Of a stretch of DNA of 37,392 bases, positions 6,304-15,745 are shown piece by piece. The stretch is from a virus. Its lineage: Duplodnaviria > Caudoviricetes. Each line of letters starts with the position of its first letter. Within the stretch, counting starts at the first letter, position 1. The position numbers were made by a program, and so were the translations under genes. The notes below the pieces were generated by a model. That model worked only from the letters and a program-made list of their open reading frames with translations, did no database searches and was not told the DNA's origin. The stretch spans positions 1 to 37,392 of the IMG/VR virus record IMGVR_UViG_3300021579_000020; one strand, 5' to 3'.

Positions 6304-6985
6304 GCAAATTCAAGACAAGATATTACTTATGCCAACTCTGTTGGCTAAAAGAGAAAGTTACGAAGAAAGACAGCAGAGGAGAAACGAAGAGATTGAACAT
6401 CAAGAGCGTGAATCCTGGAACCATCTAAGGCAAGACAAGAAGAATAACCTACAGGCATACATCAAGGCTTGTGGTATCCCTAAGATATTCCAAAACAAAG
6501 AGCATTCAGGATGCAATGAAACTCAAAGCCTATTCCTCACTGGTAGTCACGGCACAGGAAAGACATACAAAGCCGTTGGCATATTAGAGAACTTTGTTAA
6601 AAGTCTGCCTTGTCCTTGTTTTAAAGATTCTCAACCTGCCAACCACCCTATCTTTATCACAGTACCAGAGCTACTTCTTAAGATCCGGTCTTGTTTCAGC
6701 GACCCTACATCATCCGAAGAGTATATGCTTAAACCTTATATCCAAACTCCTTTACTTATTCTCGACGATATTGGAGTAGAGAAAACTACCGAATGGGCAC
6801 TTCAAAGCCTTTATATAATCATCAACAATCGTTACTCTGAAGAAAAGCAAACAATCATCACTTCCAACCTTACCCTTGATGAAGTACGTGAAAAGGTTGG
6901 CGATAGAATCGCTTCTCGTATCTCAGGTATGTGTAAAATTGTAAAATTTACAGGCAAAGACAAACGTCTTACCATTAAACCCTAA
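6185..6985 (+). CDS. DnaC/IstB-like AAA+ helicase loader
   Basis: Walker A GSHGTGKT, Walker B LLILDDIG, IINNRY, TIITSNL, DRIASRI; start uncertain (overlaps the initiator by 119 nt). Confidence 0.9.
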   Translation: MDNLEEALVEANNRLNLRKEKKENMPICPVRSSTSILSIKQIQDKILLMPTLLAKRESYEERQQRRNEEIEHQERESWNHLRQDKKNNLQAYIKACGIPKIFQNKEHSGCNETQSLFLTGSHGTGKTYKAVGILENFVKSLPCPCFKDSQPANHPIFITVPELLLKIRSCFSDPTSSEEYMLKPYIQTPLLILDDIGVEKTTEWALQSLYIIINNRYSEEKQTIITSNLTLDEVREKVGDRIASRISGMCKIVKFTGKDKRLTIKP

Positions 6986-7115
6986 CAGGATTAAATACGG
7001 TAAAGCCAGCGTCGTTTTTATTACACTTGACGTATCTTTGGGCACTCACTGTATCTTTAAATCGATTGTAGGCCTTCCTATTGAGTTTTAAAATTTTTAA
7101 AATAAAACAATTTCC

Positions 7116-7143
7116 TTGACTTTGGTACAATTCGGTATATTAT
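7116..7143 (+). promoter_or_regulatory. Sigma70-type promoter
   Basis: TTGACT-16 nt-TATTAT after an AT-rich UP-like tract. Confidence 0.5.
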
Positions 7144-7213
7144 TTTAAAATAAACCTAGTCCGCCCTTTTGGCAAAGAGATTGACAACCTCTAAATTTCA
7201 GAAAGGAGTTTAT

Positions 7214-7723
7214 GTGAGAAAAATTCTCACGTTTTTGTTAATTTCTTCATTTCTTTTTTTTTACGGTTGTAAAGCTTTCGAGCTCTCAAAAGATTCAACC
7301 GGCAAAGAACATACCCAAATTGAGTCCACCCTTAATACCGCTTCCCAAATCATCAAAGAGGCATCTCCCGCGGCAAACGCCTTCTTCCCAGGCGTCGGAC
7401 TCATCGGTACGGCGATCGCCGGATTACTTGGGCTTATCGGGCATGGCATTACAACCGCTGTTGTAGCATCAAAGCGCAAAGATGCCTTAACCACAGTGGT
7501 TCAAGGCGTGGAGCAGAACGCTGGCGATTTCCAAAATTTATCAGCCAATATTTTGGATATTCTAAAGGCGGCTCCGGAAATAAAATCAAAAGTCGAAAAC
7601 CTATTATCTGATTTTATACCGGTTAAAAAGGCTGTCCAGAATGTTTCGAAAATCAAGGATAACACTGTTTACCTTGATAAGCATGTTCAAAAAATTACCC
7701 ATAAAGTTAAAAATGTTTCTTGA
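7214..7723 (+). CDS. Lipoprotein with an internal Gly-rich hydrophobic segment
   Basis: GTG after AAGGAG; signal MRKILTFLLISSFLFFYG-C; second hydrophobic stretch FFPGVGLIGTAIAGLLGLIGHGITTAVV. Confidence 0.75.
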   Translation: MRKILTFLLISSFLFFYGCKAFELSKDSTGKEHTQIESTLNTASQIIKEASPAANAFFPGVGLIGTAIAGLLGLIGHGITTAVVASKRKDALTTVVQGVEQNAGDFQNLSANILDILKAAPEIKSKVENLLSDFIPVKKAVQNVSKIKDNTVYLDKHVQKITHKVKNVS

Positions 7724-7796
7724 TGTTTTCTTAGTCTTAAATTAATTGTTGGCAAGTATTTAACTTAATTTTTAATAGGAAAGTGAGGGTGAAGAA

Positions 7797-7988
7797 ATGG
7801 CTAAATCTAAGAATGCTTTTAATTCAAGAGCAGCAAAACAGTTTGAAAAAAGTGTAAACCCTTTGGGTAGGGTTAGAAGTGCAAGGGGGGCAAGGGTTGC
7901 AGAAAGGTTGAGAGGTAAAATTACTGGTGGTTTTGGAAGAGGAGGAATTGGTATCTTGAGGAGGAAACCAGGCACAGGCGGCCCCTAA
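7797..7988 (+). CDS. Small Arg/Gly-rich basic protein, 63 aa
   Basis: GAGGG SD; very basic, low complexity. Confidence 0.65.
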   Translation: MAKSKNAFNSRAAKQFEKSVNPLGRVRSARGARVAERLRGKITGGFGRGGIGILRRKPGTGGP

Positions 7989-8002
7989 ATTGTTAACAAC
8001 TA

Positions 8003-8386
8003 ATGAAAATTTCTGTATATAACGATACGATTTTTGCTTTAAATCTGTTGGCGGAAAAAAATAAAGAGGTTATCGTTTTTTATTCCGGTGGTAAAGACAG
8101 CCTTTGTGTTTTAGATTTGTGCTCTAAAATATTCGAAAAGGTTGTCTGTGTTTTCATGTACTTTATCCCAGGCTTGGCATGTGCAGAAAAACAGTTACAA
8201 TATGCAAGAGATAAATATGGAGTAGAGATAAAACAATACCCACATTGGGTGTTTGTGCGGTCTTTAATCCACGTTTTTTGTGATAATTATTATTTTGATT
8301 TTCCGCTCAAAGAAATCAAGTTAAAAGATGTTTATCGAATGGCCAGAGAAGATACAGGAATAAAAATCATCACGCAGGTTCGATAA
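8003..8386 (+). pseudogene. PAPS-reductase-like (PP-loop) protein, apparently truncated
   Basis: VIVFYSGGKDSLCVLDL motif; only 127 aa, stopping at about the strand (IIT) where the family's G-x-R/K-x-x-D/E-S motif should follow. Confidence 0.6.
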
Positions 8387-8407
8387 TTCCTGCGAGGCGG
8401 GAGTTTT

Positions 8408-9088
8408 ATGGAGTTAACTAAATACGAAAAGTATGAGATTGTTGAAATCAATCGCAAGGAAATTAGGAACGCCCCGTACAATCCCCGCAAAATAAGTGAT
8501 AAGGTACGTAGTAAGCTTAAAAACAATATCAAGACTATTGGTCTTATGTCTCCAATTACTTTTAACGTCAGAACCGGCAATATAGTTTCTGGGCATAAAA
8601 GAATTGAAGTTCTTGATACTTTAGAAAAAAATCAAGATTACAAGCTGAAAGTGGCGAAAGTAGACCTCGACGAGAAGACCGAAAAGGAACAAAACATTTT
8701 CATGAATAATCCCGAAGCGCAAGGTGAATTTGATTTTCAAAAACTTGATGAAATGCTTCGAGAGGATAAAGTTGATTTCGGGAGTGCAGGTTTTGAACTT
8801 TCAACCATTTATGATATTTTTGGCACAGACCCATTGCTTCAGCAGCCAGAACAATTAGAAATATTGTCAGAGGATTTGCGAAAAACTCAAAATATTTATG
8901 AAGGCGCTAAGAAACAGCTCAACGAAAGGGATGACTGGCAGTTCTTTCTAGTTACGGTGTTTAAAAGTACAGAACAAAAACTTGCATTCATCGAAAATCT
9001 TAAACAAAAAGGAATTGCATCAACGCAAGATGGAAAATACATAAACGGGCAAGACCTATATAACTTTATAGGCGATAGTAAGTTATAA
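8408..9088 (+). CDS. ParB/Srx N-terminal-domain protein
   Basis: APYNPRKI...LKNNIKTIGL..PITFN.RTGNIVSGHKRI...EKEQNIFMNN...GEFD. Confidence 0.85.
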   Translation: MELTKYEKYEIVEINRKEIRNAPYNPRKISDKVRSKLKNNIKTIGLMSPITFNVRTGNIVSGHKRIEVLDTLEKNQDYKLKVAKVDLDEKTEKEQNIFMNNPEAQGEFDFQKLDEMLREDKVDFGSAGFELSTIYDIFGTDPLLQQPEQLEILSEDLRKTQNIYEGAKKQLNERDDWQFFLVTVFKSTEQKLAFIENLKQKGIASTQDGKYINGQDLYNFIGDSKL

Positions 9089-9108
9089 TAAATTAATTTA
9101 TTTTTTTG

Positions 9109-9142
9109 TTGACTACCATATCGATAATATATTATAATATCG
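9109..9142 (+). promoter_or_regulatory. Sigma70 promoter with overlapping inverted repeat; leaderless transcript predicted
   Basis: TTGACT-18 nt-TATAAT; ATG 6 nt after the -10 box with no SD; CGATAATATA-T-TATAATATCG. Confidence 0.65.
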
Positions 9143-9144
9143 GT

Positions 9145-9519
9145 ATGAAAATATACACAGGCAGACACGGCTCAAAACTCATCAATCCTGATAAGCATAT
9201 ACCTATCATGATATCAAGAGGCGCGCCGCGCTTTAAAACACACTATAAATTACAAGGCAAAATTGACATCCTCATGCCCACAAAAGAGGAGCTCGATTGC
9301 GCGGGCAAAAGCATTGAGGATATTTGCGATTTGTTTTGCGATCGGTGGGATATTTTAGGGATAGAGGCTATCCACGCCGCGCTCATAGCTCATGAGCAGC
9401 CAGGCAAGGATATTGTTTGCTTGTGTTTTGAGGATATTGAACAAGAGTTGTGTCACAGGCGCATATTTGCCGAGTGGTATGCCGATGTTACTGGTGAGGT
9501 TATTGAGGAGCTAAGTTAA
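9145..9519 (+). CDS. DUF488-like protein
   Basis: MKIYTG...ISRGAP...LMPT...IVCLCFE....CHRRIFAEW. Confidence 0.75.
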   Translation: MKIYTGRHGSKLINPDKHIPIMISRGAPRFKTHYKLQGKIDILMPTKEELDCAGKSIEDICDLFCDRWDILGIEAIHAALIAHEQPGKDIVCLCFEDIEQELCHRRIFAEWYADVTGEVIEELS

Positions 9520-9558
9520 GCTTTTTTTAAAAATTATCGTTATGCCAGAAAAAACACA

Positions 9559-10251
9559 ATGCTTACAATAGAAAATATATTCAATTCAGTCGAAAGAATT
9601 TTCAAGGAAAAAAAGGATGTAAACTCGCTACGGGAACTGCGCGATATTCGAAACGATTATTGCAAGCTCCTGCTGCCTGCTGTAACTGATAAACCGGTCA
9701 CAACCGAAATCCTTTTGATGAAGAAATTCAAACTTACTGCCTTGCAGGCCAAGTTTGTGATGGAATATTCGGTTGACATGAACGCATATGAAGCTATTAT
9801 GCGGGCAAATGGCAAGGATAATATCAATTCGGCAAAAGTCCAAGGCAACATGTACCTTGCTACGCCTAAGATAGCGCAAGCTATTCAATTCGTTATGTCA
9901 GAAAAGGCAGAACGAACACAGGTTAAGTCTGATTGGGTTATTTTGAAACTCAAAACAATTGTTGAGCGATGTATGCAAGTCGAACAAGTGTACGACCGCG
10001 ATGGAAAGCCTACGGGCAGGTTTGATTTTGACCCGTCAAACGCCTCTAAGGCTTTAGAGCTACTTGGACGCCACATCGGTATGTGGGACGATAGGTTGCA
10101 AGTAACTGGCGAAATCGGCGTGAATGTAACGGTTGAGCAACGGGTGAGTAAAATTGAAGCTGAACGGAAAGACGCCTACAAGAATTACCTTGAAACTCTT
10201 GGAAAAAGATTGAATGTTGATAACCCTAACGGAGAAGCAGGATTTAATTAA
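9559..10251 (+). CDS. terS: Terminase small subunit
   Basis: LTALQAKFVMEYSVDMNAYEAIMRA HTH-like region, WVILKLK.IVERCMQ, KALELLGRHIGMW; directly upstream of TerL. Confidence 0.85.
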   Translation: MLTIENIFNSVERIFKEKKDVNSLRELRDIRNDYCKLLLPAVTDKPVTTEILLMKKFKLTALQAKFVMEYSVDMNAYEAIMRANGKDNINSAKVQGNMYLATPKIAQAIQFVMSEKAERTQVKSDWVILKLKTIVERCMQVEQVYDRDGKPTGRFDFDPSNASKALELLGRHIGMWDDRLQVTGEIGVNVTVEQRVSKIEAERKDAYKNYLETLGKRLNVDNPNGEAGFN

Positions 10252-11824
10252 TAAGGCAGAAGAGTTCAGGGATATCGTTGATAACCTCGACGAAAAGCTT
10301 TTCTTCGACCCTATCGAATTTGCTCAAAGACTTCTATGGTTACGCACAAAGGCCGGTAAAGTCATCCCTTTTTTCCTCAACAAATTTCAAATCTACCTCG
10401 AAACACAAAAGTTAAAAGCAATTCGTTCCGGGAAGAAGCCTTCTTTTCTTGTGTTAAAATCAAGAAAGGGCGGTATTACTACATGGGAGCAAGCTAAATC
10501 ATTTTGGCTCGCATCGATGCATCATGGCCAATATTGCCTTACTCTGGCACATGATCATGAGACAACCCAAAAAATATTTGATATTTCGCAGTTATTCTAC
10601 GATAGGATTGACCCGTTCTGGCGAGCAAAAAGGAAAACTCAAAATAAAAGAGAATTTGATTTCTGCGATTTGGGTTCGAAGTTTTACATCGGAACGGCTG
10701 GCAGCCCTGATTTCGGACGCGGGCAAACGCTTCAGCGGGTTCACGGCTCAGAGTGTGCCTTCTGGCCAGAACAGCCATCTGATAACCCAAAAGAGTCAGT
10801 TACAAACTTGGTCGCTGGCCTGATGGAAGCCTGTTCATCTGGGGAAATTGTATTTGAATCGACACCGAATGGTCGACAAGGCTTTTTCTACCATGAGTGG
10901 CAAAGGGCAAAAAATTGCGATAGTGATTTCACACCGATATTTCTGCCGTGGTGGCTGGATGAATTGAACATTATTTCATTACTTCCAGGGGAAAAGTTAG
11001 AACTTGATTCAGAAGAATCAGGCTTATTTCTTAAGCATGGCTTAACTTTTGAACAAATAAAATTTCGGAGAGCGAAAAAGAAATCGTTAAAGGCTCTTTT
11101 CGCACAAGAATATCCCGAAGATGATATCACCTGTTTCTTGTTTTCTGGCGGATGTTTCTTTGAGATTCAAAACCTTACGGAAAGTATACAAAAATGCAAA
11201 GAACCTATAGAGTTAAGGCATAATGGATTATTAAAAATATGGAAGTATCCTGAAGCTAATAAAGTGTATGTGGCTGGGGCAGACGTCGGGGAAGGATTGA
11301 AAACCGGTGATTACAGCTCTCTTATGATACTCGATAAAGCCGCAGGAGAGCAAGTAGCGGCATTGCATGGCCATTGGAGGCCTGATATCTTTGCAAATAA
11401 GATTGCTGAAATTTGCAAGGAGTACAATACGGCATTATTAGCGGTAGAAGCCAATAATCACGGGCACAGCGTGTTGAATACGCTTATAAATGTGTTATGT
11501 TATCCTAACGTCTATAAGCATGAGAATTACGATGGTACTGGCGCACAGAAGTTAGGCTGGCAGACAAACGGAAAGACACGATCAATAATGCTCGATGACC
11601 TCGAAGCGGCAATATCAGGTAATTGGATTATTATCAATGATACCAGTTTCATTGAAGAGTGCCTTACCTTTTGTGATAATGGCAAAGGGCATTACGAGGC
11701 GATGCCTGGCTGTCACGATGATAAGGTTATGGCGTGTGCCATTGCATGGCAGGCACGCAAGGTAAAAGCCAGAATAATAGAATACTGTCAAGTATCGCAA
11801 AGACGTGTTTTGTCAGCATATTAA
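10214..11824 (+). CDS. terL: Terminase large subunit
   Basis: VLKSRKGGITT, GRGQT..VHGSECAFW, FESTPNG, FLPWW, QEYP, nuclease YVAGADVGEG..GDYS, VEANNHG, HDDKVMA. Confidence 0.95.
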   Translation: MLITLTEKQDLINKAEEFRDIVDNLDEKLFFDPIEFAQRLLWLRTKAGKVIPFFLNKFQIYLETQKLKAIRSGKKPSFLVLKSRKGGITTWEQAKSFWLASMHHGQYCLTLAHDHETTQKIFDISQLFYDRIDPFWRAKRKTQNKREFDFCDLGSKFYIGTAGSPDFGRGQTLQRVHGSECAFWPEQPSDNPKESVTNLVAGLMEACSSGEIVFESTPNGRQGFFYHEWQRAKNCDSDFTPIFLPWWLDELNIISLLPGEKLELDSEESGLFLKHGLTFEQIKFRRAKKKSLKALFAQEYPEDDITCFLFSGGCFFEIQNLTESIQKCKEPIELRHNGLLKIWKYPEANKVYVAGADVGEGLKTGDYSSLMILDKAAGEQVAALHGHWRPDIFANKIAEICKEYNTALLAVEANNHGHSVLNTLINVLCYPNVYKHENYDGTGAQKLGWQTNGKTRSIMLDDLEAAISGNWIIINDTSFIEECLTFCDNGKGHYEAMPGCHDDKVMACAIAWQARKVKARIIEYCQVSQRRVLSAY

Positions 11825-11835
11825 TAATAATTTAA

Positions 11836-11864
11836 TTGACAATTGATATTTATTTTGATATCTA
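11836..11864 (+). promoter_or_regulatory. Possible sigma70 promoter for the head operon
   Basis: TTGACA-17 nt-TATCTA with extended -10 TG. Confidence 0.4.
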
Positions 11865-11917
11865 TCGCATAGTTACGTTGTTTAAAGCATAACGACTATT
11901 ATTTTTTGAATACAAAA

Positions 11918-13477
11918 ATGGCTGTTAAATTATACGATTCTTGGGGGCAAGAAATAACCCCGAATGAAAAACCTGATGAACGAACGCTGGCAACGGCATC
12001 CCTCCGTGATCGCTGGAGTATGTATCCATCGAATGGATTGACCCCGCAAACCCTTGCTTCTATTTTCAAAGAAGCTGACTTGGGAAATGTATGGCGACAA
12101 GCAGAACTTTTTGAAGAAATGGAAGAGAAGGATACGCATTTGTTCTCCGTCATTCAGACACGCAAGCTGGCCATTACGGGGTTAGATTTTGAGATTGAGC
12201 CAGCCTCGGAAGATGCGCAGGATCAGAAGATAGCGGAATTCATACAAGAGGTAATTAATGATTTATCAGATTTTGAGGGAAACCTGAGCGACTTGTTAGA
12301 CGCTATCGGCAAGGGATATAGTTTGATGGAGATTTACTGGGATGTGCGGAATAACAAGAATATTGCAAGACACATAGAATGGGTGCACGCTAAGCGGATT
12401 ACTTGGTATAACAACATTACGCCCAGGCTTATAACGGAGGAGAAACCCTACGAAGGAATTGAAATTCCACCATTTAAAATGATTTTCCACCTGCATAAGG
12501 CGCGGTCTGGCCATTCCAATAGGCAAGGCATATTGAGAACTGTGGCATGGATGTATCTCTTTAAAAATTATACGATAAAAGATTGGGTTGCTTTTGCTGA
12601 AGTATTTGGTATGCCATTGCGACTTGGTAAGTATGATGTAGGGGCATTGCCTGATGATAGGAAAGCTCTTTATGAAGCGGTGCGTGCTCTTGGTAGGGAT
12701 GCGGCAGGCGTGATATCGAAATCTACGGAAATTGAATTTATTGAGGCTTCGAAAAATTCTGGTGAAAATATATATGAAACCCTAGCTATGTTTTGTAATT
12801 CGGAAATTAGCAAAGCAATTCTTGGGCATAGTGCCTCATCGGATTCAACCCCTGGCAAGCTTGGAAATGAAAACATGGCAGGTGGTATCAGGAAGGATTT
12901 GCTTATCTCTGATTGTGAGATGGTAGCAAAGACGTTAAGACGTGATCTGATTCGCCCGCTCGTGGGGTTTAATTTCGGGTGGGATGTCTCATTGCCCTGG
13001 TTTAAGTTTCATTATGAAGAGCCCCAGGATTTGGATGCTGAGGCGAATAAGATTAAGACATTGTCCGATGCGGGCGTGACGTCTATACCGGTAAGCTGGG
13101 TGCATGAAAAGTTTAATATCCCACTGCCGAAAGATGGAGAAGAGACGATTCATTCTACAATTAAAAATCCTGAAAATCAATTAACAAAAATGAAAGTGGG
13201 GCAATTTTCAGGACAAAATAAGTCTAATCTTGTTGACAAAGTAACTGTTGATGCTTTAACTAATGGCTTACATAGTTCAATATCTGTAGATAATATTATT
13301 AACGATGTTAAGGCTATAATGGCTGAGCCTGGCATAACAGTTCAAAAGGCGATGGAAAGAATAGCTGATAAATACAAAGGTAATATGACTGATTTCGAAA
13401 AAGTTGTGATGATTATAAAAAATTATCTTATAGCCAGCAAATTGAAAGGAATGATAGATGTCGCCGCAGGTGGTTAG
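11918..13477 (+). CDS. Portal protein, Mu gp29/DUF935 family
   Basis: GLTPQTL..I..EAD.G...QAELFEEMEEKD.H, LLDAIGKGYS, W..FAEVFGMPLRLGKY, EISKAILG. Confidence 0.93.
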   Translation: MAVKLYDSWGQEITPNEKPDERTLATASLRDRWSMYPSNGLTPQTLASIFKEADLGNVWRQAELFEEMEEKDTHLFSVIQTRKLAITGLDFEIEPASEDAQDQKIAEFIQEVINDLSDFEGNLSDLLDAIGKGYSLMEIYWDVRNNKNIARHIEWVHAKRITWYNNITPRLITEEKPYEGIEIPPFKMIFHLHKARSGHSNRQGILRTVAWMYLFKNYTIKDWVAFAEVFGMPLRLGKYDVGALPDDRKALYEAVRALGRDAAGVISKSTEIEFIEASKNSGENIYETLAMFCNSEISKAILGHSASSDSTPGKLGNENMAGGIRKDLLISDCEMVAKTLRRDLIRPLVGFNFGWDVSLPWFKFHYEEPQDLDAEANKIKTLSDAGVTSIPVSWVHEKFNIPLPKDGEETIHSTIKNPENQLTKMKVGQFSGQNKSNLVDKVTVDALTNGLHSSISVDNIINDVKAIMAEPGITVQKAMERIADKYKGNMTDFEKVVMIIKNYLIASKLKGMIDVAAGG

Positions 13478-14078
13478 TCCGTTTAATCTACCATTCGACG
13501 AAGCAATTCAGCTCATGCTAAAGAAACTGAACTTGCCAACAGCTACTTGGGATGCCATAAGCAATGAGGCTCACAGGGAAGCATTTACTGTGGCTGGAGC
13601 GATGGAAGTTAATTTGTTATCAGATTTCCACGATGCTATAAATAAAATGTTGGCCGAAGGTTTAACCCTAGAAGATTTCCGCAAAGATTTTGACTCGATT
13701 GTAGAGAAATTTGGCTGGGATTATAACGGTTCGCGGGGCTGGCGTAGCAATGTAATCTATCAAACTAACTTGCAAAGCTCTTATCAGGCAGGTAGATATC
13801 AACAATCTACAGCGCCGGAAATATTACAGGTTTTCCCCTATTGGAGATATAGGACGGCTGGAGATGAACGCGTACGGCCATTACACAGGCTATGGAATAA
13901 TACAATATTGAGAGCAGATGACCCCTGGTGGGACACCCATTATCCATACAGGGGTAATACATACATTTGGTATAACTGCCGATGCGATGTAGAGCCACTA
14001 ACAGAAAGCGAATATAATCAGTTGGTGGGAAAAGAAGGTTTTCAAACGTCTCCACCACAGGAGGCTGTATTAGCATGA
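13458..14078 (+). CDS. Mu gpF-like minor head protein
   Basis: AFTVAG, GLTLEDFRKDF, IYQTNL.SSY.AGRY, PYWRY..GDERVRPLH, DDPWW, NCRC. Confidence 0.9.
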   Translation: MSPQVVSPFNLPFDEAIQLMLKKLNLPTATWDAISNEAHREAFTVAGAMEVNLLSDFHDAINKMLAEGLTLEDFRKDFDSIVEKFGWDYNGSRGWRSNVIYQTNLQSSYQAGRYQQSTAPEILQVFPYWRYRTAGDERVRPLHRLWNNTILRADDPWWDTHYPYRGNTYIWYNCRCDVEPLTESEYNQLVGKEGFQTSPPQEAVLA

Positions 14079-14623
14079 GCGGAGCTACTATCCATGTAAC
14101 TATTGATGATTCTCAGGTTAAAAAACTACTCGATGATTTAAAGAACCGGACGCAGCACTTGAAACCGGTGATGAATATTATTGGTACTTTTGTGAGAAAA
14201 TCAATTCAGAAGAATTTTGAAGAAGGCGGAAGGCCGATACCGTGGAAACCTTCAAAGCGTGTGTTGTTAAAGGGCGGTAAAACATTGATATTGAATAGGC
14301 AGTTGTTTAATTCTTTCACAATTAATCCAACCGATACTTTTGTTGAAGTCGGGACAAACAAAAAGTATGCCGCAGTTCATCAATTTGGTGAGGATATTGA
14401 TGTTCCTGCTCATAATAGGAAATTGTTTTTCAAGAATTTTAAGTCAGGCAAAAGAAAAGGCAGAACGTATTTCTCGAAAGAAGGAAAAGCAAGTTATGGG
14501 AAGTCTGTTGAAATTGAAGGCTATAAGGTACATATAGACGCAAGGCCATTTATGATGGTGCAAGATGATGATTGGCCTAACATTGCAGAAAAATTGAATA
14601 ATTATATTATTGGGATAAACTAA
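14075..14623 (+). CDS. Mu gpG-like virion morphogenesis protein
   Basis: NFEEGGRP..WKP, VEVGTNKKYAAVHQFG, IDARPFM. Confidence 0.9.
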   Translation: MSGATIHVTIDDSQVKKLLDDLKNRTQHLKPVMNIIGTFVRKSIQKNFEEGGRPIPWKPSKRVLLKGGKTLILNRQLFNSFTINPTDTFVEVGTNKKYAAVHQFGEDIDVPAHNRKLFFKNFKSGKRKGRTYFSKEGKASYGKSVEIEGYKVHIDARPFMMVQDDDWPNIAEKLNNYIIGIN

Positions 14624-15661
14624 ATGTTACACAGGATTATTTTAAAATCGGAAGAAGTATCGAACGGGATTAATGAAATACAACTTTGCCCTGTAGGTGA
14701 ATTTGTGGACGCCGAAGGGCGCAAGTTCAAACTTACGGAAGAGAACATATCGGCGGTTATTACAAAGAGTGAAAAGCGGAAGACAAGGCTTGTTGTTGAC
14801 TACGAACACCAAACACTATACGGCGTGCAGGCCCCGGCGGCTGGTTGGATTAAACAGCTTATAAATAAGGGTAAAGATGGTATCTGGGCGGTGGTGGAAT
14901 GGACGAAGAAGGCGCAGGAGTATCTGGCAAATAAGGAATATCGCTATTTATCGCCCGTGTTGCTCGCGGGCAAAAAGGACGGAGACGGCAATTATCTGCC
15001 GGAAATGCTCCATTCTGCGGCATTAACTAACACCCCGCAGATAGATGGGATGATACCGATAGTGAATAGTAATTGTGGCAAGTGTGCCACGAGTCAAAAT
15101 GATTTAGCTGAGGAGGTAAAAATGAATAAAAAAATGTTAGAGTTGTTAGGCCTCAAACCAGAGGCCACAGAAGCGGAGGCGGTGGAAGCGCTTACCGTGC
15201 TGAAAAACAAGTCAGCCCTCTTGGGAACAGAGACTGATAATCTCAAATCTGAGTTGAAAAAGGTGCGCGAATCGCTTGGATTACAGGAGACGGCGACCGT
15301 CCCGGAAATCACCGGTACAATCCTGGCATTGAAACAGCCGGGCAATGTGGTGAGCGTCCAGGAGTTTAATAAGCTCAAAAATGAACTCGCAACGATTAAA
15401 CGCAATGAGCTGGTTGCCATGGCCATGAAGAGCGGCAAAATTTCCTCGGATCAGAAGGCATGGGCGGAAGATTATGCAGTCAAAGACCCTGATGGGTTTG
15501 CGGTGTTTATTGCAAAGGCGCCGGTGGTTGTACCGATGGGCAACTTGCCGCAAGGGGCAAAGAAGGAAGATGGCGCCTTAGACGAAACCACGATGCTTGT
15601 GGCAAAGATGATGGGTAATAAGCCAGAAGATGTTAAGAAGTATGCAGTGAATAAGGAATAA
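14624..15661 (+). CDS. Mu gpI-like prohead protease/scaffold
   Basis: VVDYEHQT...APAAGWI, WAVVEWT..A...EYRYLSPV, AALTNTP; helical scaffold-like C-terminus. Confidence 0.92.
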   Translation: MLHRIILKSEEVSNGINEIQLCPVGEFVDAEGRKFKLTEENISAVITKSEKRKTRLVVDYEHQTLYGVQAPAAGWIKQLINKGKDGIWAVVEWTKKAQEYLANKEYRYLSPVLLAGKKDGDGNYLPEMLHSAALTNTPQIDGMIPIVNSNCGKCATSQNDLAEEVKMNKKMLELLGLKPEATEAEAVEALTVLKNKSALLGTETDNLKSELKKVRESLGLQETATVPEITGTILALKQPGNVVSVQEFNKLKNELATIKRNELVAMAMKSGKISSDQKAWAEDYAVKDPDGFAVFIAKAPVVVPMGNLPQGAKKEDGALDETTMLVAKMMGNKPEDVKKYAVNKE

Positions 15662-15720
15662 CACACCCCCAACCCCCTCTCAAGAGGGGAGGAGTGTTAA
15701 TTCTAACAGGGTTATGGACA
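15662..15720. repeat. REP-like hairpin (CCCCTC-TCAA-GAGGGG) plus a collapsed copy of the 17598-17640 palindrome
   Basis: Seen directly; GTTAATTCTAACAGGGTT-ATGGA equals the 17598 element without its central part. Confidence 0.6.
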
Positions 15721-15745
15721 TAATTTAATTTTTGGAGGTTAAAAC

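Noticed and set aside
6185-6985. IS21 IstB or a sigma54 activator
   Set aside because: No IstA transposase or terminal inverted repeats, no GAFTGA motif; position after the initiator indicates a helicase loader
8408-9088. Plasmid-prophage partition system
   Set aside because: No ParA and no evident HTH or parS array; context fits ParB-N proteins of modification/packaging loci
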